The notes below the pieces were generated by a model, which searched no databases, was not told the origin of the DNA, and saw only the letters and a program-made list of their open reading frames with translations. Source: an uncultured Rivularia sp. (GTDB lineage Bacteria > Cyanobacteriota > Cyanobacteriia > Cyanobacteriales > Nostocaceae). Taken from it: 64,000 nucleotides of DNA. Within the stretch, counting starts at the first letter, position 1, and the number at the start of each line of letters is the position of its first letter. Where the stretch lies: the NCBI GenBank assembly GCA_963665115.1, contig OY762007.1:4288001-4352000 (forward strand). Direction: 5' to 3'. Shown here piece after piece: positions 49,977-60,332 of the stretch. Position numbers and translations under genes: made by a program.

Positions 49977-50864
49977 ATGCTCATGATTTCTAAATCAAAT
50001 AAATCAAATCAAACGCTTCAGTTAAAAGATGGTCGTCAGATGGGATATGCCGAATTCGGCGACTTGAATGGAAAGCCCGTACTGTTTTTCCACGGTACAC
50101 CAGGGTCGAGACTGACTCGCTATCCTGACGAATCTATTGCAACTCTGTTAGGAGTTCGCATTATTAACATTGACCGTCCGGGATATGGTTTGTCGGACTT
50201 TGTGCCAGATAACACGTTAGTGAATTGGACTGAAGATATTATTGAACTTGCTGATGCTTTAAAGATAGAACAATTTGCAGTTACAGGTGTTTCTGGAGGT
50301 GGAGCATATGCTCTGGCTTGTACATCCGAAATCCCCGAACGGATAACACGGGCTGGGGTTATCAGCAGTATATCTCCTTTCGATGTCTCCCATGTCACTG
50401 AAGGAATGAACCTCATAAACAGAGTTTTATTTGGAGTAGGACAATATGCGCCGTTTCTCCTAAATCCTTTGTTAAGTCCAATTGTACGCACAGCACGTAA
50501 AGAACCGCAGAAGTTATTTGATTATGGGCTAACAAATTATTTTCCTATACCTGATAAAGAGGTTTTATTTCAACCTATGGTGCGAGAAATGTTTTTAGAA
50601 GACTTACCCCAAGCCTTTCTTCAAGGAGCTTGTGGATTTACGTTAGACATGAAAATCCTTGTTCAATCTTGGGGCTTTCAGCTAAATAATATTTCTCGTA
50701 AAGTATACCTTTGGCATGGCGAGAAAGATGAAAATGTTCCTCCAAATGCAGGACGATATCTTGCAAACATGATCCCTAACTGTGAAGCTCGTTTTTATCC
50801 CGATGAAGGTCATTTGCTGATATTTAACCATTGGCAAGAAATTCTTACCACTTTAGTTAGTTAG
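49977..50864 (+). CDS. Alpha/beta hydrolase
   Basis: HGTPGS, DRPGYGLS, GVSGG nucleophile elbow, EGH. Confidence 0.88.
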   Translation: MLMISKSNKSNQTLQLKDGRQMGYAEFGDLNGKPVLFFHGTPGSRLTRYPDESIATLLGVRIINIDRPGYGLSDFVPDNTLVNWTEDIIELADALKIEQFAVTGVSGGGAYALACTSEIPERITRAGVISSISPFDVSHVTEGMNLINRVLFGVGQYAPFLLNPLLSPIVRTARKEPQKLFDYGLTNYFPIPDKEVLFQPMVREMFLEDLPQAFLQGACGFTLDMKILVQSWGFQLNNISRKVYLWHGEKDENVPPNAGRYLANMIPNCEARFYPDEGHLLIFNHWQEILTTLVS

Positions 50865-50890
50865 CTTAGTGATTTTCTGTTCTATTACCC

Positions 50891-50922
50891 TTGACTCTCT
50901 AGCTTACTAGAGGGTTTAGCAT
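50891..50922 (+). promoter_or_regulatory. MerR-type promoter/operator (20-bp spacer)
   Basis: TTGACT-CTCTAGCTTACTAGAGGGTT-TAGCAT. Confidence 0.8.
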
Positions 50923-50968
50923 ATCATCAAAAGCAAATTGGTTGTTTTTAATTTCAAATTCAAAGACT

Positions 50969-51163
50969 ATGACTATTCAATTAAAAGTTCCAGATATCGC
51001 TTGTTCGGCTTGTGTAAATACTGTAACTAAAGCGATTAAGTCAGTTGATGCCAATGCCACTGTAGAAGCTGATACAAAAACAAAAATAGTTAATGTTCAA
51101 TCTCAACATTCAGTTGACAAAATTAAAGAAATTATAGCTGAAGCTGGCTACCCGGCTGCTTAA
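50969..51163 (+). CDS. copZ: CopZ/Atx1 copper chaperone
   Basis: HMA fold, ACSAC, AGY; start MTIQLKV. Confidence 0.85.
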   Translation: MTIQLKVPDIACSACVNTVTKAIKSVDANATVEADTKTKIVNVQSQHSVDKIKEIIAEAGYPAA

Positions 51164-51241
51164 TTTTTTGAAGTACCCGCCAAAATTTCATTTCATACAT
51201 ACAAAAAGCGAGAAAACTCGCTTTATTAACCCATTCCGATT

Positions 51242-53554
51242 ATGGATACTACTACCCTTAAACTGCGAGGTATGAGTTGTGCCTCCTGTGCAAACAGCAT
51301 CGAAGAAACTATTAATTCTGTTCCGGGAGTTAGCGAATGTAACGTTAACTTCGGTGCCGAACAAGCTACTGTAAAATATAATCCCCAAAAAACCGATATC
51401 AAAAAAATTCAGGATGCGGTAGATGCTGCTGGGTACAGTGCAACTCCCTTGCAAGAGCAAGAAATGATTACCGGGGAAGATGATGAGGATAAAGCCGCTC
51501 GTAAAGCCGAATCCCGCGATTTGATTCGCAAGCTAATTGTGGGGGGTGCAATAAGTATTATCCTTATCTTTGGTTCATTACCAATGATGACAGGGCTAGA
51601 ATTACCTTTTGTTCCTGCATGGTTACACAATGCTTGGTTGCAGCTAGCATTTACCGCACCCGTACAGTTTTGGTGTGGTTATGGGTTTTATACCGGGGCT
51701 TGGAAAGCTTTTAAACGCCACGGGGCAACAATGGATACCCTGATTGCTTTGGGTACTTCGGCGGCATTTTTCTATTCACTGTTTGCAACGATATTTCCCG
51801 ATTTCTTTCTCAATCAAGGGTTGATGCCGGAGGTATATTACGAAACTGCTGCTGTTGTAATTACCTTGATTCTGTTAGGACAATTGTTTGAGAATCGCGC
51901 TAAAGGACAAACTAGTGAAGCAATCCGCAAGTTGATTGGTTTGCAGGCTAGGGATGCTCGCGTGATTCGTAATGGAAGGGAAGTAGACGTTCCCATTCAA
52001 GAAGTTGAGCTTGATGACATAATCTTAGTACGTCCTGGTGAGAAAATACCCGTAGATGGAGAAGTCGTGCATGGTACTTCCACTATCGATGAAGCAATGG
52101 TGACGGGGGAAAGCTTACCCGTGAAAAAGCAGCCCGGTGATGAAGTTATCGGCGCGACGATTAATAAAACTGGTAGTTTTAAGTTTAAAGCGACAAGAGT
52201 AGGAAAAGATACTGTACTATCGCAAATTGTACAGTTAGTTAGACAAGCCCAAGGAAGTAAAGCTCCTATTCAAAGATTAGCAGACCAAGTGACGGGATGG
52301 TTTGTCCCGGTGGTAATTGCGATCGCCATTTCTACTTTTGTCATCTGGTTTGATTTTATGGGTAATATCAGCCTCGCTTTAATTACCACTGTTGGGGTTT
52401 TGATTATTGCTTGTCCCTGTGCTTTGGGTTTAGCAACTCCAACATCGGTAATGGTTGGTACGGGTAAAGGTGCTGAAAATGGTATTTTGATTAAAGGTGC
52501 GGAAAGTTTAGAACTCGCTCACAAAATTAAGACGATTGTTTTGGATAAAACCGGGACGTTAACGGAAGGAAAACCTACAGTTACCAATTTCGTGACGGTG
52601 CGCGGTACTGCAAATCAAAATGAGTTTAAACTTATTAAGTTAGCGGCTGCATTAGAGCGTAATTCAGAACATCCTTTGGCAGAAGCCGTAGTTAGATATG
52701 CTGAAAGTCAAGGTGTGGAATTACTAGACGCTAGTGATTTTGAAGCTGTTGCTGGAAGCGGCGTTCAAGGATATGTTGCAGATAACTTTGTGCAAATTGG
52801 GACTAAGCGCTGGCTATCGGAGATTGGGATTGATACCAACTTATTCGGGGAGCAAAAAGACGATTGGGAATCCCTTGGACAAACCGTAATTTGGATTGCT
52901 GTAGATGGGAAAGTTGAAGGTTTGATGGGAATTGCCGATACTCTCAAAGCTACCTCCACCGAAGCGGTAAGAGTAATGCGTAAGATGGGTTTGGAAGTAG
53001 TAATGTTGACCGGAGATAACCGTCCGACAGCTGAAGCGATTGCTGGTGAAGTTGGTATTGACCGCGTGTTTGCAGAAGTCAGACCAGACCAGAAAGCGGC
53101 TGTTGTCAAGTCTTTGCAGGCTGAAGGAATAAAGAAAAGAGGTACAAATAAAAGTTCTCAGAACGAAACAAAAGCATCCGTTGCCAAAATTGTCGCGATG
53201 GTGGGAGATGGTATAAATGATGCCCCAGCTTTAGCACAAGCCGATGTGGGAATGGCAATTGGTACCGGAACTGATGTGGCGATCGCAGCTAGTGACATAA
53301 CTTTAATTTCAGGCGATTTGCGATCGATCGTCACGGCTATAAAACTTTCGAGGGCTACTATCAATAATATTCGTCAGAATTTGTTCTTTGCATTTTTCTA
53401 TAATGTTTTAGGTATTCCCATCGCTGCGGGAATTTTGTTTCCCATATTTGGATGGTTGCTTAACCCCATTATTGCTGGTGGTGCGATGGCTTTTAGTTCG
53501 GTTTCGGTGGTGACTAATGCTTTACGATTGCGTAATTTTCAATTGAAAGGGTGA
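51242..53554 (+). CDS. P1B-1 Cu(I) P-type ATPase (PacS/CopA-like)
   Basis: [29 protein letters not shown]. Confidence 0.92.
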   Translation: MDTTTLKLRGMSCASCANSIEETINSVPGVSECNVNFGAEQATVKYNPQKTDIKKIQDAVDAAGYSATPLQEQEMITGEDDEDKAARKAESRDLIRKLIVGGAISIILIFGSLPMMTGLELPFVPAWLHNAWLQLAFTAPVQFWCGYGFYTGAWKAFKRHGATMDTLIALGTSAAFFYSLFATIFPDFFLNQGLMPEVYYETAAVVITLILLGQLFENRAKGQTSEAIRKLIGLQARDARVIRNGREVDVPIQEVELDDIILVRPGEKIPVDGEVVHGTSTIDEAMVTGESLPVKKQPGDEVIGATINKTGSFKFKATRVGKDTVLSQIVQLVRQAQGSKAPIQRLADQVTGWFVPVVIAIAISTFVIWFDFMGNISLALITTVGVLIIACPCALGLATPTSVMVGTGKGAENGILIKGAESLELAHKIKTIVLDKTGTLTEGKPTVTNFVTVRGTANQNEFKLIKLAAALERNSEHPLAEAVVRYAESQGVELLDASDFEAVAGSGVQGYVADNFVQIGTKRWLSEIGIDTNLFGEQKDDWESLGQTVIWIAVDGKVEGLMGIADTLKATSTEAVRVMRKMGLEVVMLTGDNRPTAEAIAGEVGIDRVFAEVRPDQKAAVVKSLQAEGIKKRGTNKSSQNETKASVAKIVAMVGDGINDAPALAQADVGMAIGTGTDVAIAASDITLISGDLRSIVTAIKLSRATINNIRQNLFFAFFYNVLGIPIAAGILFPIFGWLLNPIIAGGAMAFSSVSVVTNALRLRNFQLKG

Positions 53555-53568
53555 AAGTTAATTAATAA

Positions 53569-54093
53569 ATGTTAAACAAAAAAAAGATTTTAGCGAATCT
53601 TGCTGGGGTGGGATTTTTTCTATCAGTTGTTTCTGGAACAGCTTTGGCTCAAAAACCTGTATCCATGCCAGTTTCTGAACAAGAAAACGTGCAATTTCGA
53701 CGGATTGAACAACCTTTAGGGTTAAAAGCTGCCGTGACTGTAGGTGGTATTGGTTTGATTGGGCTGGAGTTATGGTGGTTTCTTTTTAGTAAATCTAAAA
53801 CCGTCCAAGCTAATAGAAATCAAGACATACAAGAAATAACCATTACTGTAGATGGCGGTTACGAACCAAATCAAGTTGTTGTAGAAGCGGGACAACTAGT
53901 ACGACTCAACTTTTTTCGTCGCGATGCTAGTAGCTGTTTAGAAAAAGTATTAGTTCCAGATTTTCATATTGCTCAGGATTTAACTCTTAATCAAGTGACG
54001 ACTGTAGAATTTACTCCCGAAAAACCGGGAGAATATACTTTTAGTTGTGGAATGAATATGTATCGAGGGAAGATTTTAGCCCAGTTGAATTGA
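53569..54093 (+). CDS. Membrane-anchored cupredoxin-domain protein
   Basis: VDGGYEP, SSCLE, FSCGMNMYRG. Confidence 0.82.
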   Translation: MLNKKKILANLAGVGFFLSVVSGTALAQKPVSMPVSEQENVQFRRIEQPLGLKAAVTVGGIGLIGLELWWFLFSKSKTVQANRNQDIQEITITVDGGYEPNQVVVEAGQLVRLNFFRRDASSCLEKVLVPDFHIAQDLTLNQVTTVEFTPEKPGEYTFSCGMNMYRGKILAQLN

Positions 54094-54236
54094 GTATAAA
54101 ATAAGATAGTTTAAATTAGCGAAATATTTATTCTAGGTTACACCTATTGAGATAACAAATGTTAACCAATTTCAAATATTAATGCTTATTATAAATTAAT
54201 ACATAGCAATTAAATGAAGGATTTACTAAAAAATAA

Positions 54237-54256
54237 ATGCCCCTTTTAAGGGGCAT
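54237..54256. terminator. Terminator between convergent genes at island boundary
   Basis: ATGCCCCTT-TT-AAGGGGCAT. Confidence 0.6.
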
Positions 54257-54277
54257 CTGACTTACTAATATTTACTA

Positions 54278-54541
54278 CTATTTCCCAGTAATTGAACGTA
54301 TTAATACGCTCATCACTTCTCCCCGATTTTTAGTTGGTAATAAAGGACTCCAATCACCTATATTTGCGTAACCAAGTTGATGTAAAACTTGAATTGTTCC
54401 CATTACTGCTTCACTAGAACCAATCAATGTATGTCTAATTTTCTCAGGTTCCGGAACTTGGGAAATTATTGGCTGAGAATTAGGGATAACTTTTTCTTGG
54501 TTGCTAGCATCAGGGATGAAGCTTCGATACATTGATATCAT
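54278..54541 (-). CDS. Cyanobacterial hypothetical protein
   Basis: LIGS...TI..LHQLGYA...WSP...GEVMSVL pattern. Confidence 0.6.
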   Translation of the reverse strand: MISMYRSFIPDASNQEKVIPNSQPIISQVPEPEKIRHTLIGSSEAVMGTIQVLHQLGYANIGDWSPLLPTKNRGEVMSVLIRSITGK

Positions 54542-54573
54542 TATTTCTTCCGCCTTATTTTAGAGAGTCAATT

Positions 54574-54843
54574 TCACATTTTTCTCCCCGTGAGGGGTCT
54601 TATTAACTGCCAGTATTCTGCTAATAAGGAATTTGTTGTTTTGAAATACAGACGAAAAGAACCATCTCCGTATCGCTTCAGGTCACGTTCATCAAACATT
54701 ATTTCTCGTCTTTGCAGCCATTGAGAAATACTTTCGTGATAATCAGCCAAGAACAACGCAGGAAAATAGATTCTCCCGGTTTTAATCCCAGTTTTTGGAT
54801 GAGTAAATACTTGAAATTGTGGTTCGCTCAAAACTTCTGCCAT
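54574..54843 (-). CDS. Hypothetical protein
   Basis: ORF in co-oriented backbone cluster. Confidence 0.6.
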   Translation of the reverse strand: MAEVLSEPQFQVFTHPKTGIKTGRIYFPALFLADYHESISQWLQRREIMFDERDLKRYGDGSFRLYFKTTNSLLAEYWQLIRPLTGRKM

Positions 54844-54934
54844 TATTATTACTAGAAATTAAAATTTTTTTAATTTTTTTTGAAAGCTTGTGATAAATAA
54901 ATTGATGTACCTTGACACAAGCTTTCGTGAAGGA

Positions 54935-55672
54935 CTAATTAGATATTGACTCGGAATATTTTACGAAATTCGATACTTTCCATTTCAAGCCATGAACTTT
55001 GTCGGCAATATTTGGTTTAGAGGAAGCACCGTCACATAATAAACAATTCTCACATTGAATTCTGTCATCTTCGGTGTGACGACAAAGAATTTCGTTTTCA
55101 GTTAAAGGTGCATCGGGAGGGATAATTCTAAAAGTTCTCCATCCTTGACTTTGAGCAATACGTGCTTCTGCCAAGCTTTGCACCGAAGCCATCAAATATT
55201 GTTGCCAGCGTAAATCACAGTCATTGCGAAACCACTGGTGTGTATAGCCCGTATATCTACCTGACGCACAAATAATTGGTTCCCACACATCAAACGGTAC
55301 TGCGGTTGGGTCGCCATAGGAACCAATTCTGATAGGATAACGATATCTTCTAAGTACTTCGATTTCGTTTTCGCTAAATTTTGGATAAGTACCCTCTTGA
55401 TATTTTCGGTGAATATTATTAACAGGTAAAAGATTAACGTAGCAACTACCTGTTTGACTCAATTTTAAACTGCAAAAGCCACAAATACCCTCATCCAAAC
55501 CTTTAGAAGCAGCAAAAGTAGGAACAAATTCTTGCTGTAAAATCCACGATTGTATCAGTCTTCCGGTCTTGCGATTTGAACTAGTAGAAACAAAGCCTGT
55601 TAAAATTAGAACTATAGGAGAACCGTCAATTAAAGATGCCCCTTCCCAAACAACGTAACTATTATTCAACAT
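54935..55672 (-). CDS. Cys-rich hypothetical protein (phage/plasmid type)
   Basis: CGFC...CYV, RIGSYGDP, GYTHQW, CENCLLC. Confidence 0.7.
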   Translation of the reverse strand: MLNNSYVVWEGASLIDGSPIVLILTGFVSTSSNRKTGRLIQSWILQQEFVPTFAASKGLDEGICGFCSLKLSQTGSCYVNLLPVNNIHRKYQEGTYPKFSENEIEVLRRYRYPIRIGSYGDPTAVPFDVWEPIICASGRYTGYTHQWFRNDCDLRWQQYLMASVQSLAEARIAQSQGWRTFRIIPPDAPLTENEILCRHTEDDRIQCENCLLCDGASSKPNIADKVHGLKWKVSNFVKYSESISN

Positions 55673-55811
55673 ATTAATAACAGAAAATGATTTTGATTTT
55701 TGTGAAGCGAAAAAATTTTGAATTGATGATGAAGCAGTAAATAATTGCTGACAGAAAAAAGGGGAATAAAATCTGCTTTATCCCCCTTTAATTTCGTTTA
55801 TAATGCCAGTA

Positions 55812-56189
55812 TTAATTCTCGGCTTTCATTTGAGGATTGACGCTTGCATTTACTCGTGCAGCATATTCTCGTCTCCGCTGCCAAGATAATTCGTTTAGAA
55901 CTACTAAATCTTCTTTCGTCTTGCCAAATTTACGATTAGCAAATTCAAGTAGTTGTTCTAGAGAATAGCGCTTTTCTTCTACTTTTCCAAAATCACTTGC
56001 GAAGCGTTCTTTAAATGCATCCCAATTGAAATCTTGGAAACTATTTTTAGCAAGAAGTCCGCATAAAGAACGTATGGAATAGTAGACTTTGGAGTAAAGT
56101 CTTTCTGAGTAATCGCTAACTGAATACTCGCCAAGAACAGAATCATCAATTGCTTGAAACTTAGGTGTAGAGGATTTACGTGCAGCCAT
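55812..56189 (-). CDS. Hypothetical protein
   Basis: 125-aa ORF followed by hairpin at about 55757-55789. Confidence 0.6.
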   Translation of the reverse strand: MAARKSSTPKFQAIDDSVLGEYSVSDYSERLYSKVYYSIRSLCGLLAKNSFQDFNWDAFKERFASDFGKVEEKRYSLEQLLEFANRKFGKTKEDLVVLNELSWQRRREYAARVNASVNPQMKAEN

Positions 56190-56619
56190 AAGACGGATAT
56201 TTAATTAACTTCATTTTCCTTTGAGCGTAAGCTCTCTTTATGTACTGGTATTTCAGTATTTGAGGATGTGATTTGTAATTTAACTTTGCCAAGATGACAA
56301 GGTGATGGTACAAAAAGTTAGTGGCAAAGTTATGGTGTAAAACTTATTTACGCCCCATTTATTTTCAAAAATTGGATCGTGACCTTTCTGGTCAAAGTCG
56401 AAGCAAGCTAAAATCACCGTTACCGCTTGTTTCAATTTTTATTGATGATAAATGCCGCAATAAATGTTTAAATTACGGCAATTTCAAAGTTCAAAAATCT
56501 AATTACGGTAAAGTCAAAGTAAAACAGGTTTTTTTTTTGAACACAGACATATACTTTGCCATTTATAAATTTGTGATGACTTATGCGGCAGAGTCAGATT
56601 ACAAATCATAGAAATCGAA

Positions 56620-56865
56620 TTACCACCAAGTTGAATCATGGTAATCAGCCATTAAATCCTTCATTTCACAGTTGTGCTGATAATCAACTTCTAACTGTTG
56701 CAAGTCTGTATCAGATACTAGATTTTTCAGTTCTTGCATCATTTCTCGAACATGATTTTCATCGCTAACACCTGAGTAGTAAATTTTGATAAATTTGTCT
56801 GCTTTCGTCATGAATTGTTCGAGGTTTGTGACGAATACTTGTTCTGAACCAATTGCCTGAATCAT
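56620..56865 (-). CDS. Hypothetical protein
   Basis: AGGAGA RBS upstream. Confidence 0.55.
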   Translation of the reverse strand: MIQAIGSEQVFVTNLEQFMTKADKFIKIYYSGVSDENHVREMMQELKNLVSDTDLQQLEVDYQHNCEMKDLMADYHDSTWW

Positions 56866-56900
56866 GATTTTCTCCTTGTAATAACAATTTTTGATGCGTG

Positions 56901-57263
56901 TTAGTATTCGTTTGGAAGCATGAGAACTTTTTCAACCAAATAAAGCTTGATATGGCTCAATGGAAAATCTGTATATTTAATTTCTTGCCGTAATACTTCT
57001 TGATTGGTATCCCACTCACATATCAAAATGCCGGAATTTTCTTGAACTCGTAAATGCCAAATTTGAAATTCTCTTAGTTTTGGATTTAAGAGTAAATTCT
57101 TTGTTTGATGTGAGGCAATTGCATCTAGGAGCCAATAACAATTTGCTTCTTGCGCTAGGTATTGTATACCCTCTGTATATTTCAAGCCGAGCCAGTGTTT
57201 GTAGAGAGTGGCTGAACCATAAAATTGGTTTAGCTCGCTGGCTATTTCTTGCGGAGTTTTCAT
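56901..57263 (-). CDS. DUF6876-like mobile-element protein
   Basis: YTEGIQYLA..CYWLLDAIAS, YTDFPL, LMLPNEY. Confidence 0.7.
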   Translation of the reverse strand: MKTPQEIASELNQFYGSATLYKHWLGLKYTEGIQYLAQEANCYWLLDAIASHQTKNLLLNPKLREFQIWHLRVQENSGILICEWDTNQEVLRQEIKYTDFPLSHIKLYLVEKVLMLPNEY

Positions 57264-57490
57264 TTTTTAATCCTTGATTTTACGGACTTCACCCTCCCCT
57301 CGGCGTGAGCCGTAAGACGAAAACTGCTGATAATAAATACCAGCAGTTAGAAAATTTTTATAGTTGTTTAGTGATAAGTAAAAAAGATTTTTTTCTAAAC
57401 AGTGACTTACGCTTCGTAACAATAGAATTTTCTTTAGGTAACTCGATTGCGACGCACCATCCCAATATCAGTTTTACCCATCTCACGTTA

Positions 57491-60274
57491 CTACACCTGA
57501 TAAACCTTTAATATTTCATCACCATAGTGATTAATCACCTTAACCGCAATCTTCCCAGGTTTACCGTTTTTATTTCGGGGTGAGTCAAAAGGACGGCTAA
57601 TAGCAGAATAAAGGTCTAACCATGCATCTTGATCAACTTCTGCTTTCAGAGTTTTCCTAAGCTTTTCATAGGGTTTATTTGCTCCAGTAAAATAAGCATG
57701 ACGTACAAAAAAACTTTCACCGTTGTAGTTGGTGTCGATGAACCAGCAAGCAATATCATTTATTGAACTGCTGCGGATTTCGCCAGTGGTGGGGTCGTAA
57801 ATATCTAAACCCTTTAGTTCTACGGTAATTTTGCCATCATCAAGATGTTGGACTTCAATATCTGGTTCTCCAAAAACCATGAACAAGTTACCCGAACCAG
57901 TTTTTTTAAGTACTTCATCACCTAGAAGTAAATCGGGATTCATTTTAGTAACTAATACTTGTAACTTACCGTAGCGTTTAGATTCTTCGGATACGCCAGG
58001 GTCAAATGCAAAACCACAGACAATCAGCAAATCATAGCTTATCCCTTGTACTGCTTCTTTGGCTGCTTCTTTGATTTGGTCGGAGCCAACTGTACCGTAT
58101 TCCGGACCAATAGAAACTGCAACTCGTTTTACCGTACCATCTTTTTCGGTATATTCTCCTTCTGCTTGTATCCATTCACTAGCATAAGGTTCAAGGGAAT
58201 CAAATTTCAGTCGTTCACCTTTCTTAGTATTTTGAACTCCTGCTTTCCTTAAGTTCTCAATAATCCTAAATTCAAACTGGTCAGATGCTTGCTGTGTGGC
58301 TTCTGCCTCTGAAGCTGGTTGTTCTGAGTTAGTAGAAAGGACACGGTGTGGTGATAAACTTTCTACAGTAAACGGACCTGTTACTCGTAACCGCTTTTTA
58401 TCTTCGTAGGGTTGGTCGTAAAGGATTTCACTATCCGAATTGAGAGCGATAGATTCATCAATTTTTTTCTGACGTTCTTGTCTTAGCTTCCACCACTGCT
58501 GTAATAGGTCTTTGGCTTCCTGCGACCATTTATTTTCTGGTTCTCTAGGTATTTCCCATTCTTCCCACTTTTTCTTGAGCAGTTTATTTAACTGGGTACG
58601 AGTAGGTTCTAGTTTTTGTTGATACTTTTCGTGAATCGTATCGATTTCTGGATTGTTGGCGATCGCCTTTAAGGTAATGTGAGGTACGCGCTTGTAAACA
58701 AAGCCTTTTTTTATATCGTTTTCAGTTTTAATATTAGTTGGTGGTAATTTTGTGGTAATTTCTATTTCTTTTTCGATACCTTCTGTGGAATCAGCAAGTA
58801 GGTAGTAGGGGAATTGGGCTGACATTAAACGAGTTCGGGCTAGCGCTAGAGCAACGCGGCTAGTGTCGATGGTAATCCAACGTCTTCCCCATTGTTCAGC
58901 GACGTAGGCTGTGGTGGCACTTCCCATAGTTGGATCTAGGACTAAATCGCCAGGGTCGGTAGTCATAAGAAGACAACGTTCTACAATCTTTCTTACGGAC
59001 TGTACTACATATACTTTTTCTTCTCCTGCTTTTACGTCATCCCATACGTTGTATAGTTCTATTGCTGGAAAATCATCAATAAATCTTTTATAGTTGATAG
59101 AATTTTTAGTAGTTTGTAAACGATTAGCAAAAGCGAGACGTTTCATTCCTTCTGCATTTGTTTTCCAGCATCGACTAGAACCTGGATGAAATTTGCGTCC
59201 TAAAAACGAAAAAGTAAAAGTTGTTGTTGTACTTGCTGAACCAGAATAAAGTCCACTTAATTTATATGGTCGCCAATTATTAGGAATTAAATTAGGATTA
59301 TTTTTTTCTTCTGCTGTCAGAGAGCGATTAAATATTTTATCAGGAGACTCTATTTGGTCAAATCGCATTCCTGTTCCTTTTCCAACACCAACTTCTCTGG
59401 GTTTATAAAGCTGACGGTATTTTAAGAAATCGATGTTCTTGGCGTACCAAATAATATATGTTGCTGCTGACTGAAGATAGCGTGAACCCAAACCTGCTGA
59501 ACTAATGCAAGTGATAATACTAGCATAATTCTCACTTCCAAAAATTTCATCCATTAAACATCTAATTAAATGAACATTTTCATCACCAATCTGCACAAAA
59601 ACGCTACCAGTTTCAGTCAATAATTCTCTCGCTACAATCAAGCGATCGCGCATATAACTTAGATAGGAATGTATTCCTAATTCCCAAGTATCCCGAAAAG
59701 CTTTTACTTGTTCTGGTTGTCGGGTTGCTTCTTCTGCTTTACCATCTTTTACATCTCGCTTAAGAGTAGATACCTGCCAGTTTGATCCAAATTTAATCCC
59801 ATAAGGGGGATCAATGTAGATAGTTTGCACCTTACCTTTTAACCCCTCCTTCTCAGCTAAAGAAGCCATTACCGACAATGAGTCACCTAGAATCATGCGG
59901 TTAGTCCAACTAACCCCTTCTTTATGTTGATAAAAATCAATTAATTTCTCAAATGCTAAACCATTAAAATCACCAAACAAACTTAATTGCTCTGCTTTCT
60001 CTTGTTTAGCCTGAGTACGAAAGTCTTCAATTAATGCTTGGGGATGAATCTTTTCTTGAATATAAATTGGAACTGCGGAAACTTCTAAATCTTCTTTATC
60101 CTGTTCGTCTTTCGTATTCCAAACTAACTGAGGGTCTAAAGATATATCGCGAGAGTATAGTAAATTTGTTGCCTTTTTCTCTTCCTCTGATAAAAAATCG
60201 CGCAGTTCTTCTGTGGGAATATTTGCTCTTTTCTCTTTATGCTTAACAGTATTAATTTGAGTTTTTTTAGACAT
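57491..60274 (-). CDS. mod: Type III R-M adenine methyltransferase (Mod)
   Basis: YIDPPYGI, VLDPTMGSATTA, IAVKVIN. Confidence 0.88.
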   Translation of the reverse strand: MSKKTQINTVKHKEKRANIPTEELRDFLSEEEKKATNLLYSRDISLDPQLVWNTKDEQDKEDLEVSAVPIYIQEKIHPQALIEDFRTQAKQEKAEQLSLFGDFNGLAFEKLIDFYQHKEGVSWTNRMILGDSLSVMASLAEKEGLKGKVQTIYIDPPYGIKFGSNWQVSTLKRDVKDGKAEEATRQPEQVKAFRDTWELGIHSYLSYMRDRLIVARELLTETGSVFVQIGDENVHLIRCLMDEIFGSENYASIITCISSAGLGSRYLQSAATYIIWYAKNIDFLKYRQLYKPREVGVGKGTGMRFDQIESPDKIFNRSLTAEEKNNPNLIPNNWRPYKLSGLYSGSASTTTTFTFSFLGRKFHPGSSRCWKTNAEGMKRLAFANRLQTTKNSINYKRFIDDFPAIELYNVWDDVKAGEEKVYVVQSVRKIVERCLLMTTDPGDLVLDPTMGSATTAYVAEQWGRRWITIDTSRVALALARTRLMSAQFPYYLLADSTEGIEKEIEITTKLPPTNIKTENDIKKGFVYKRVPHITLKAIANNPEIDTIHEKYQQKLEPTRTQLNKLLKKKWEEWEIPREPENKWSQEAKDLLQQWWKLRQERQKKIDESIALNSDSEILYDQPYEDKKRLRVTGPFTVESLSPHRVLSTNSEQPASEAEATQQASDQFEFRIIENLRKAGVQNTKKGERLKFDSLEPYASEWIQAEGEYTEKDGTVKRVAVSIGPEYGTVGSDQIKEAAKEAVQGISYDLLIVCGFAFDPGVSEESKRYGKLQVLVTKMNPDLLLGDEVLKKTGSGNLFMVFGEPDIEVQHLDDGKITVELKGLDIYDPTTGEIRSSSINDIACWFIDTNYNGESFFVRHAYFTGANKPYEKLRKTLKAEVDQDAWLDLYSAISRPFDSPRNKNGKPGKIAVKVINHYGDEILKVYQV

Positions 60275-60332
60275 GGTTAATTACTCTACTTATTAATAAA
60301 AAAATGGATAAAGAAGTTCTTAGTAATCAGCA

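Noticed and set aside
56321..56611. Plus-strand 96-aa ORF in backbone gap
   Set aside because: Opposes local gene orientation, has no RBS or motif, and overlaps repeats
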